From contig NC_045696.1 in NCBI RefSeq assembly GCF_009834535.1, positions 37,264,001 to 37,328,000 on the forward strand: a stretch of 64,000 bases of DNA, in the 5' to 3' direction. The translations under genes were made by a program, and so were the position numbers. The notes beneath the pieces are model-generated. The model ran no database searches. It saw only the letters and a list, made by a program, of their open reading frames with translations, and was not told the DNA's origin. Below, one piece after another: positions 12,537 to 23,351 of this stretch (its first letter is position 1; each line of letters starts with the position of its first letter). Source of the stretch: Camelus ferus. Taxonomy: Eukaryota.

Positions 12537-14672
12537 CTCTTGCTTTATGTCAATTCTATTATTATGCCAGTTCTATTAACTTTTGACACAAGGGTGATGA
12601 AGTATTCAACTATAGATTTGGAGTTGTAGAATTCTCCTTTCAAATGTACCACTTTTACTCTGCATATGTTGCATCTCTGTTACTTGGTGCATATGCATTT
12701 ACAACTGCTGTGTCTTCTTGGTAGAATTACATGATTTTCATTATTAAATGAAATCTGAATACTTCTTACTCCTCTTCAACCCACATATTAGTTTATCCCA
12801 GTGTAAGTCAGAATGTCCAGAGGCTCCATTTATGAGATATCCACTCCTATAAACTATGTTGTGGGTTATAACATTTTTTTAAAGTAATTAAAATCAAAAT
12901 CTTGAAATCCAATAGAATTGAACTTGAAATAAATAGACTTTTTTTGGCTTATCTTTGTTAAAGAATTATAAACAATATAACACATTTAAAAATAATCCAT
13001 GGGTCAAACACTTTGAACTGAATAAAAAATAAAAATACAACATATCAAAATCTGTAGGGCTCAGCTAGCATTGATGAGTGGTAAATTTATAGCACTAGAT
13101 GCATACATTAGAAAAGAGGAGAAATCTAAAATCTGTACTCTAAAATACCAGCTCAATAGTCTAGAAAACAAGTGAAATAAACCCAAAGCAAGCTGAGTGA
13201 AAAATAAATAAAAAAGAGCTGATATCAATGAAATTGAAACTAGAACTATAATAGAAAAAATTAGTAAAACAAAGAACATGTAATTTGAAAAGATCAAAAA
13301 AATTGAAAACCTCTATTAAGACTAAAAAGAATGAGAGAAAGCATAAGTCACCAATATCAGGCATGAAAGAGAGACTACCCTATAAAGATATCAAAAAGAT
13401 AAAATGGACAAATGACTCAAAAATCAAACTCCTATAACTTACTTACCAAATATGAAATAATTCTAATAGTACATAAACACAGTCCAATAACAAAAATTAC
13501 AGAGCCATATGACTCATTAATTTAGATGCAAAGATTATTTTCAAATATTACCAAATAGAAATAAATATTACATGAATAATTATGTGAATATATACTGTGA
13601 TCAAAGGGGTTCAATTCAGAGGTGCTGCTCATATATTTGAAAATCAATTAATATACTCTATCAAAGTTACAAGCAAAAAAGGAAAATCAGATGATCGTAT
13701 CAACTGATGAAGTAAAAGCATTTAATAAAATTGCATAGTCATGATAAAAACTCTCAGAAAAATAGGAATAGAAGGGTATTTTGTCAAATTAATAAAGAGC
13801 ATCTTCCAAAAAACCACCACTCTAGATAACATAACATTTAGTGCTGAAACATTGGCTGCTTTTCTTCTAAGACTGGGAACAAAGCAAGAAATTCCACTCT
13901 TAACACTTCTTATTCAGCATAATGTTGGAAGTTCCAGCTAGTGCAATGTAGCAAGGAAATGAAAATGAAAACAGATACAGATCAGAAAAACAAATAAAGC
14001 TATATTTGCAGGTGATATCACTGTCTATACAGACAACACCAAAGAACCCAAAGAAGAAAATAACAGAAACAGACCTAGAAACAATAGATAGGTTCAGAAA
14101 GATTGTAGAATACAAGTTAAATGTTTGAAAAATCAACTGTATTTCTATATACTGGCACCAAAATAAAAAATCCAGTATTATCATTTGCTTTAACAATTAC
14201 TTCAAAGAAAATGAAATACATACAATTAAAACTAATAAAGCATGTAAAGGATCTATAGGCTGAAAACTACACAATGAAGATAAAGCAAATTGAAGTAGAT
14301 TTAAGTATGTAGGAAGGGATATTTGTTCATGGGTTGGAAGACTCAAAAGGTAAAGATGTTGACTTCACAAATTAATACTTTGGTTTAATACAATTCATAT
14401 AAAAATTCTTGCAAAGATTGTTTTTGTTATAAAAATGAGATCATTCTAAAATTTTTATGGAAAAGCGAAGGAACTAGAATAGCCAAGCCAATGAAAAATA
14501 AAAAGAGACTTAAGTGTAAGGAATGATTCTATCTGATTTCAAATCTTTTTATGTAACTGCTGTAAGCAGGGCCAAATCAAGGAAGGTTTTATCCTTAGCA
14601 AAGGAGTGTTTGATAACAAAGAAGACTATGTGGTATTGGTGGAAGGATAGATATAGATTAATGGAAAAGAAC

Positions 14673-16745
14673 AGAAATAAAAGGAATCCAAATTGGAAAT
14701 GAAGATGTAAAACTGTCACTGTTTGCAGATGACATGATTCCATACATAGAAAACCCTAAAGAAGCAACCAGAAAACTACTAGAACTCATCAACGAATTTG
14801 GTGAAGTTTCAGGATACAAAATTAATATACAGAAATCAGTTGCATTTCTGTACACTAAGAAATTAAGGAAACAATACCATTTACCATTGCACCAAAAATA
14901 ATAAAATATCTAAGAATAAACCTACCCAAGGAGGCTAAAGACCTGTACTCCAAAAACTATAGGACACTGAAGAAAAAAATTGAAGACAACATAAATATTT
15001 GGAAAGATATACTGTGTTCTTGGATAGGAAGAATCAATACTGTTAAAATGGCCATACTGCCCAAGGCAACATACAGATTCAGTGCAATCCTTATCAAATT
15101 ACCAATGACATTTTTCACAGAGCTGGAACAAAAAATGTTAAAATTTTTAATACGGAATCACAAAAGACCCTGAATAGCAAAAACAATCTTGCAAAAGAAG
15201 AATGGAGCTGGGGGAATCACACTCCCTGACTTCAGACAATACTACAAAGCTATGGTAATCAAAACAGTATAGTACTGGCACAAAAACAAACACATAAATC
15301 AATGGAACAGGATAGAAAGTCCAGAAATGAACCCACACACTTATGGTCAATTAATCTACAGCAAAGGAGGCAAGAATATACAATGGAGCAAAGACAGTTT
15401 CTTCAATAAGTGGTTCTGGGAAAACTGGATAGCCACCTGTAAAAGACTGAAATTAGAACATTCTCTAATACCATATGCAAAAAAAAAAAAAAAAAAAAAA
15501 CCTCAAAATGGATTGAAGACTTAAACGTTGTGTTTAAGATACTATAAAACTAGAGGAAAACAGGCAGAACACTCTTGGACAAAATCACAACAATATATTT
15601 TCTGAACCACTCTGGGAGTAATTTAAATAAAAGCAAAAATGAACAAATAGAATCTAATTAAACTTAAAAGCTTTTGCACAGCTAAGGATACCATCAACAA
15701 AACTAAAAGACAACCTACAGAATGGGAGAAAATATTTGCAAATGATGCAACTAACTTCCAAAATACACAAACAGCTCATATACCTTAATACCATAAAAAC
15801 AAGCAAACCAATCAAAAAATGGACAGAAGACCTAAATAGACATCTCTCCAAAGAAGACAGATGGCCAACAAGCACATAAAAAGATGTTCAACATCACTAA
15901 CTGTTAGAGAAATGCAAATCAAAACTACAATGAGATATCACCTCACACCAGTCAGAGTGTCCATCATTAAAAAGTCCACAAACGACAAATGCTGGAGAGG
16001 ATGTGGAGAAAAAGGAACCCTCCTACATTGTTGGTGGGAATGTAAATTGGTGCAGCAACTATGAAGGACAGTTTGGAGGTTCCTTAAAAAACTAAAAATA
16101 GATTTCCATAAGATCCAGTAATCCTACTCATGGGCATATATCTGGAGAAAAATATAATTCAAAACATGTACCCCAGTGTTCACAGAAGCACTATTTACAG
16201 TATCCAAGACATAGAAACAACCCAAAAGTACACTGACAGATGATTAGATAAAGATGTGGAGGGGTGTGTATTTGTGTGTGTATGTATGTATGTATGTGTA
16301 TATATATATATATTATTCCACACAATGGAATACTACTCAGCCATAAAAAAGAATGAAATAATGTGATTTGCAGCAACAAGGATGGACCTGGAGACTGTCA
16401 TCCTAAGTGAACTAAGCCAGAAAGAGGAAGGAAAATACCATATGATAATACTTATATGTGGAATCTAAAAAAAGGACACAAATTAACTTATCTATCAAAT
16501 GAAACAGACTCACAGACATAGAGAACAAACTTATGGTTGCCAGGGTGTAGAGAGGGTGTGAAGGGATTAACTGAGAATTGGAAAATTGCACCTCTTGGGG
16601 AGCGATGGAAATGTTAGCCATCTTGATTGTGGTACTGGTTTCATTTGTGTATACATCTATCAAAATTCATCAAATTGTACATCTAAAATGTGTAGTTTAC
16701 TGTACAGGAATCATACTACAATAAAGGTGTTAAAAATAACTAAAT
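14673..16745 (+). mobile_element. Younger 5'-truncated LINE-1 (RT to 3' end) within the L1MD-like element
   Basis: TTTGCAGATGACATG (FADDM) at ~14722; ORF 15861-16064 has [22 protein letters not shown]; 3' UTR, AATAAA at ~16720 and A-rich tail. Confidence 0.92.
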
Positions 16746-17172
16746 AATAGACAATCGGACAAAAGAATAAACCTCAACCTAAAGCCACAAATATTAATTA
16801 AAAACAAAATTTGACTCAAAATGGATCATGAACTTAAATGTAAAATTTTAAAAGATTTAGGTAACAAATAATAAAACATTTTCAAATATAATGCTCAGCA
16901 AGCATTCTTAGACCTGATACCAAAGGCATGATCCATAAAAGGAAATATTTAAAAAGTCTGCTCTATGAAAGACTCTTAATTTTTCCAAAAATAAACAATA
17001 AAACCTTGAGAAAATCTTTGGAATATAGGCATAAACAAAGACTACTTATATTCTGCCACATGAAAGAAACTATTAAGAGAATAAAAACATAAGCTGCAGG
17101 CATGGAAAAAATAATTCCAAGCCTCATATCCAACAAAAATTAGATCTTAGACTATATAAAGAACTCTTAGGA

Positions 17173-17262
17173 TTTATTTATTTTTAATGGGGGTACAGGG
17201 ATTGAACCTGAGACCTTGTGTATGCTAAGCATGTACTCTACCACTGAGCTATACCCACCCCC
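17173..17262 (-). mobile_element. tRNA-Ala-derived SINE, Vic-1 type (camelid)
   Basis: Reverse complement GGGGGTGGGTATAGCTCAGTGGTAGAGTACATGCTTAGCATACACAAGGTCTCAGGTTCAATCCCTGTACCCCCATTAAAAATAAATAAA has A box, B box and A-rich tail; degenerate TSD CTTAG(G/A)A. Confidence 0.88.
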
Positions 17263-18249
17263 ACTTAGAACTCTAAACTTAAAAGTTGAAAAGAGCTCCT
17301 CAACAATCGAGTTAAAAATGAGCAACTGTCAGGGACAGACATTTTACCATAGTGTTTATATAAATGGCAAACAGGCACATAAAAATGCATAACATCATTA
17401 GCATGATTGAAATGTAAATTAGAACCATACTGAGGTATTATTACACATTTATCCAAATGGCTAAAATTTTTAAAAAATAATATTATTAACAGCACCAAAA
17501 GCTAGAGAGAATTCAGAGAAACTGGATCACTAGTACATTGCTGTTAGGAACATAAAACGATACAAGAACTCTGGGACAGAATTTGGCAGTTTCCTATAAA
17601 ACTAAACGTGCAACTACCATTTTACCCAGCAACTGCACGCTTGAGTATTTATTTCAAAAACAAAATCTAAAACTATTTTCATGCAAAGTCCTCCATGAAT
17701 GCTTATAGCTTTCATAATAGCTGAGAAAGGAAAACAATTAAAATGTCCAACAGGTGAACAGCTAAACATTGGTACATCTATATATGGAATACTACTCAGC
17801 AATAAAAATGAAGAAACTTTTAATGAAACAACAACCCATCGAATCTCTATAAAATTATGTTAAGTGAAAAGAAGGCAAGACCAAATGGTTGCATACTGTA
17901 TTATTCTATTTATATTACATTTTTAATGACAAAATTATAGAAATAGAGAAATTAATAGTAGCTGCCAGGGGTTAATGAGTAGATGGAGATGGAGAGAAGT
18001 AAATGTGCTTATTAAAGGTCAACATGAAGGGAGCTTATGGTGACAGAAATTTCTATATCTTGGCTGTATCAATGTCAATATCTTGGTTGTGATACTGTGC
18101 TATAATTTTACATTTTTTATAATTATAATTACCATTTACAAAGATACATAGGATCAAATATATACAGGATTTCTTTGTATTATTTCATATAATCCATTCT
18201 GCTTCCAAATCTACAGTCATTTCAAAATTAAAAGTTCACTTAAAAAATA

Positions 18250-18410
18250 AACTTCCCCAATATAAGTGGTTCTTTTTCTGGACAGTTTGTTCTGTTTCAT
18301 TCATCTATATCTCTTTCCTTTCACCAATATCACATTGTCCTATTTAATATATCTTTATAGTCTTAAAATCAGATAGTGTGAGTCCTCCAGTTTTGTTTTT
18401 CTCTTTGAAA
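18250..18410 (-). mobile_element. Ancient LINE-1, right part (continuation of 9780-10660)
   Basis: CTTTATAGTCTTAAAATCAGATAGTGTGAGTCCTCCAG is antisense ORF2 (GGLTLSDFKT). Confidence 0.7.
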
Positions 18411-18411
18411 C

Positions 18412-18840
18412 AGTAGAGGATCTGAGATTTTAGCCTATTTGTTAACTAAAAATATTAGGCTGACACACTTTCATAAATGCTTGCAAAGTACAAGGCTGTT
18501 GGGGACAGAGACAGAGCAATGTATTGTTCACAGCAGAGCAGGCAGCATGAGTGTCAAGTGAGTCTTGAATCTGTTGTGGGTAGTTCTGAATGACAAAGAT
18601 GATCATCCTCTGTACCTCTTGGGATCTAATGTGTTCTCACCCCAAGAATCAGGATGCTGCCCTCACTCTAAATCCTTAAATTGGGGGTGCCTAGGACTTT
18701 TGTCTGGAAGCATCAGTAATAAGAGGGATAAGAGCACCTTTATAAAATGTAGATCTGAATTGCTTGAATTCCCGAGACTCCTATTTGCTGGGAGCCATCT
18801 AAGGGGTTATCAACCAGGCTGGTTTTGAGTTGCTATCAGC
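18412..18840 (-). mobile_element. ERVL LTR (LTR40/MER54-group-like), probable 3' LTR of the ERVL remnant
   Basis: Reverse complement ends ..TTATGAAAGTGTGTCAGCCTAAT..TAGGCTAAAATCTCAGATCCTCTACTG, similar to the LTR40-group U5 end as recalled. Right boundary approximate. Confidence 0.6.
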
Positions 18841-18928
18841 AAAATGAAAGAAAAAAAAAAAAAAAAAAAAAAAGCATTATGACCTGGAATAATTAGGAAG
18901 AAACTATGCATTTTCAAACATAATCTCC

Positions 18929-19607
18929 TGAGTAGTAAAGAATTTAATCATACCCTAAGAGATATCTGGCCTTTGCTCTCAGCTCCTGAGAGGCAATCCC
19001 TAAGCCCTTAGAATGTCATGCATAATCAGAATGTCTTTGTTTGCTTGGGGTCTTGGGTTACACTGAATAGTACAACAATGGGTTTAGGGTAGGGGCAGGT
19101 CACCTCACGCATAAACAATGTCACTTACAGTCAGGGCTTTAGATCGCACAGTATTAGGAGAACTCCTGAGGGGCTGGAGACTTGAGACTGTAATCAGCAA
19201 TGTGGGCAGTTGTGTCTACATGATGGATCTGCAATAAAAACTATGAACACTGATGCATAGATGAACATCCTTAGTTGTCAATAAATGTGCACTGTCACAC
19301 ATTAATGCTCGGAAAGTAATGCTGTCCTGACTCCATGGGGACAATGTGACTAGAAGCTCCATGTTTGTCTCTTCCTAGAGTTTATCCTGAATGTTTCCTC
19401 CACTGGCTGACTTTAATATGTATCCTTTTCCTGTAATGTACTATAACTGTGTATAGAACAATTTTCAGTGAGTTCTGTGAATCTTTCTAACAAATTATTG
19501 AAACTGATGGTGATTTGGGGAACACCCTGAACTTGTAATTGGTGGCAGAAGTGAGGGTAGTTCTGTGTGGACAGTTCCCCTAACTTCACAGTTGGCTAAC
19601 TTCCACA
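18929..19607 (+). mobile_element. MER77/MER21-group solo LTR (ERVL)
   Basis: GTAGTAAAGAATTTAA..TCTGGCCTTTGCTCTCAGCTCCTGAGAGG..GAGGGGCTGGAGAC..CAGTGAGTTCTGTGAATC..TTGGGGAACACCCTGAACTTG; TG...CA ends. Confidence 0.8.
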
Positions 19608-19839
19608 ACCTCTACCACTTCTGTTTTCCTCATAATTATCCAGGAAGTAAATGAGATAAAATCATCCTTTGGGGACAGCTGAAGTCAAAGACCAAACTCT
19701 CTTACTCTAAAATGTCTAGAGCAGGGAAAGATGAGGGAGGTAGAAGCAGACTCTCAGGCTATTGCTGAATAGCTTTTGTGATTAAAGGAACACCACTAGT
19801 CAGACTGAAAATGATCTAGAAAGACAAAAAGAATGCACA

Positions 19840-20570
19840 GATTAGTTCTGATCGAGTCAATTTGCCAAGAGCTTGTGAGGTAGTCTCCCCTACTGCAGGA
19901 CTAATGGGTTCATTTTCAGCAGGAGTCACAAGTCAGTCCTGTAGTGGTAGCCTCTGAATCAAAAACAAATTAAAGCTCAATCAGGAGCAGTAGCTGGTGT
20001 CATTTTTAGAGAGTGGGACCTTACTAGGGGAAGATGAGTGACCCAGACAGTTCAACTGGCAGCTGCAATTTGTTTCCACAGCTTGTGGTCCTGAAGAAGA
20101 ATGTCATCAATCTGCCAGTCTGTGGTTTTCCAAGTGGCAGACCGAGTAGCTAGGCCACTGAGTTGAAGTGCTGAACTTCTGAGTGACATGACAATGTCTT
20201 CTTTTTGTCCTGAATAGCTAGTGTTGTGACTAAACAGCCCCCAGAAAAACCCAGTAGATACCCTTGGCTTTCAGCTTAACCAAACCATCAAAGGCCCAGG
20301 CCCAAACATGTAGATGATCCCTGGGGAACTGTGAGCCAAAGGGAGGCAGGCTTTGCTTGAAGCAATGCACTATGGTATAAAGATTTATCTAGAGATAAAG
20401 CTGCCACTTTTTATGTAAAGTCCAGTTACCTCTAGGGAGAGACCAACTATGTTCTTGAATATACAATGATCATTTGACAAACTAAGCTTTTTTTGGTCTT
20501 TCTCTCTTAATAGTGGTTGAATCCAAGTTGACCTACCACAAAGTAGTCGTATCAGGACAGAGAGTCACAA
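19840..20570 (-). pseudogene. ERVL pol remnant (tether, RNase H, start of integrase core)
   Basis: Minus-strand peptides in pol order: LCPDTTTLW*VNLDSTT..FVK*SLYIQE (~20455-20565), AWAFDGLVKLKAKGIYW (~20250-20301), SGLATRSATWKTTDWQIDDILLQDHKLWKQIAAAS*TVWVTH (~20035-20160), SWQIDSIR (~19847-19870). Confidence 0.8.
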
Positions 20571-22319
20571 AGCCTTCCTGGGTCAGGCATTCAATTTTGA
20601 TAAAAGCTCCGTAGCAAGTTAGTAGTTGCTATTCAGAAGGGTTTCAATCATGTCAGGAAGGTCTGAAGGGGTGGCTCTCAGTGGAGGCTGCCTCCTGGTG
20701 GAAGTGAAGGTTACCTTTCAGTGAGGCTGAGAGTACAAGGTAGGTTTGAAACACACTGCCTGAATTATGCTTTGATTTTTGCTTACTCTTCTGCAGGATG
20801 GAAGAGTAGGGATATTATCATGACTATAAAGCAGCAAACCACAGCTCCAACCAAAAAGCAGTATGGCTGTGGCTGCTGAAATGTCCTCACAACTGAAATA
20901 AATGAAGATATAGACATTTTGGTTGACAAGGGAGAATTTATTTTAGTTGACTCTGCTTATCTTCTGGCCACTTGTCACCAGAAGTAAATATAATCTCTTG
21001 CTTGCTAGAATAGAAGATTTTTTTTACCTCCCATTCCATGATCCCTCACTCCTGCAATACAACCTCAATCATGATAAGAAAAAAGCGAAGTGTGCTAGGG
21101 ATCTTTATGAAATGGGAGGAAGTAAATTTTTATATTTCTTTTGGCTATAAATGCCAAAATCACCCTGTCCAGTTAAAAAGGGAGAGAGAGAAGTAAGTGC
21201 AGGATTTGGGGATACAGCACAATAGCATACAAAGGACAGAAAGAAAGGAACCCCTGAGCCCAGACACTTTGGAAGCAGGAGTTACTAGGAGAGGAGGAAG
21301 TATGCACCCTGAAGCAACGAGCTAAAATGAAAACCAAAATTCTCTCAGCCATTCTTAGTGAACTACCTCCCTCTCTGCCCTGTACTTCCCTGTAGTCCTG
21401 GTGGTGGATAGTCTAATTACCTAGAAATTGTAAACTCTCACTCATGTTTCCATTAAACTCCTTGGTCTGTCGCACAGAGAAGGAAGCACATGTAAGGTAC
21501 AGTTTGAGCATAATTCATGCTGGGGAAGGGGAGGAAAACTAATGTGACCTTGTAGGTTGTATCAGTTGCCCAATTCAGTGTTTTGTTTTGGTTGCTTCTA
21601 TATCTAAATATACTCTAGGAATTAGTACTGTTATATATTTACATTCTGCATCCCAGAACTTGCCAGATGGGATGATTCTGATCAGGGAAAAGCTACAAAC
21701 AGGGACATACTTGTGATAACACTCACACCATTTGCTGTCAGTGGGTGGGGAAGGATTTAGTGTATCTCTATCCTCTGATGTCCAAAACTTTTGCTATATA
21801 GATGGTTTGTTGGCAAATCAGAAACCTCAGTTTCAGCAGCCTTGTCTGTGGTGTTAACGCACTTTCACCAGCAGACAAAATTCAGGGATCTGCTTGCCAA
21901 GTAAAATTTCTGGGACTGTGTGGGTAAATTCAAACGGTCAATACCTCCAGCAATTAAAAGACAAAAACAAACAACAACAAAACTGCTTTTCCCCTTGGCC
22001 TCCCACCACAACATGCAACTCAGCACATTTTTGTGCTCTTACGGGTATTGGAGGTAATACAAGTTTCTGTGACTGATGGTCTTGCTAATTGGAACCTCCT
22101 TATAGCACAGAGTCTCCATTCCGAGTTATCAGGCTGGGAAGAGAGAATTTTGTTTGTTTGCTTGTTTTAATTTATTACATGGAGACGTTTCCATAGGTGT
22201 CAGCTATGCAGTCAGTTATGCAATTCTGGGATTCAGGCTGTCTGTCATGAGATATGGAATGAAAAAAACAGAAATAAGAGAAATGAAATGAAAAAAAATC
22301 TAGAATAGGAATCTATCAC

Positions 22320-22490
22320 TGTGTTGGTTGTTCTCTGAATTTTTATTTCCCTTCCAAGTTTGCCTGCCATTATTTACTTTTCAGGGTCTGTAGGTAATTG
22401 CTTTATATATTCCGGCCAGTTGTTTTGGTAATCACTGGGAAAGGCTGGATGAAGTGTGCCTGCTCTGTCTTAGGTGGATCTGGATGTCTG
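22320..22490 (-). mobile_element. Ancient L1ME-type 5' end fragment
   Basis: CTGCCATTATTTACTTTTCAG..GGATGAAGTGTGCCTGCTCTGTCTTAG resembles antisense L1ME 5' termini as recalled. Confidence 0.4.
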
Positions 22491-23351
22491 TCCTGTAACT
22501 TTTAGAATGAACAAATTCTGTTATTTCAATACAAACACTTAGTGGTAGCTATAGCTATGTTTCCTCATGTCACATTTGCGCTGAATAAAACTAGCAAAGA
22601 AAGAAAAAAATAATGCTAGGAACTATTTCATTTCCATATTACATTTCTTTAAAACTCTTCTTTCCTTTTACTATTCATATTTTAGTCAATAATACTATCA
22701 TATGCTGCATTCCTATTTTATTTATTTTCTAGTGTGGTAGTTAACATGAAAATTGAACATTATTAATCTACTTTCATTTTTGTGTCTATTGATGCTTGGC
22801 AGCAGGCTTTTACTTTTATTTCCTATACTTTACTAAGCACTCTCTGAGAATAATTAATTTTGGAGTCAGGCAACAATTTTCTCAGAGTCTTTCAAACCTT
22901 CTTTACTTGTTAAAATAGTACAGTAAAAATTTACAGTGTTTCAGCCTATGAATAAGTAATCAGTCACAAAACACCTTTCTCATTAAATTCAGTAGTTCTA
23001 TTGACTTCCGAGCTAATGCACATAAAGTTTAACCAATAGAAGAGCCAAACACCTAATGAATCCATTATATAGATATATGCTGATTTGACTGCTTGTTTGG
23101 TTACTAATGTAACCTACTTCTCAACACATTTTAGTATTGCCAAAACAATTCTCATTTAAAGTTATGGATATTGTAAGTAAATGGATTTTGAGTACAAATT
23201 TTTGCTGTATATTGTTTTATTTACTGTTGTGACTTGGCAACACATTATTTAATATATCTAACTTGCATTTGTGTCTTTATCAAAATTAGAAAATGAACAT
23301 TTTATTACTAATTTTATTACTCATAAAATTCAATCTTAGAATGAATACACA

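Larger units (their letters stand above)
10870..18248 (+). mobile_element. Near full-length ancient LINE-1 (L1MD-like) interrupted by younger elements
   Basis: Repetitive 5' UTR ~10870-11400, ORF1 remnant ~11460-11760, ORF2 remnants (ORF 13741-13941 MIKTLRKIGIEG..LRLGTKQE; TTTGCAGGTGATATC at ~14004) and an L1MD-like 3' end GGATTTCTTTGTATTATTTC...TTCAAAATTAAAAG. Confidence 0.75.

Noticed and set aside
17188..17262. tRNA-Ala gene
   Set aside because: It has an A-rich tail, flanking duplication and substitutions relative to tRNA-Ala, and sits inside an L1, so it is a SINE copy.
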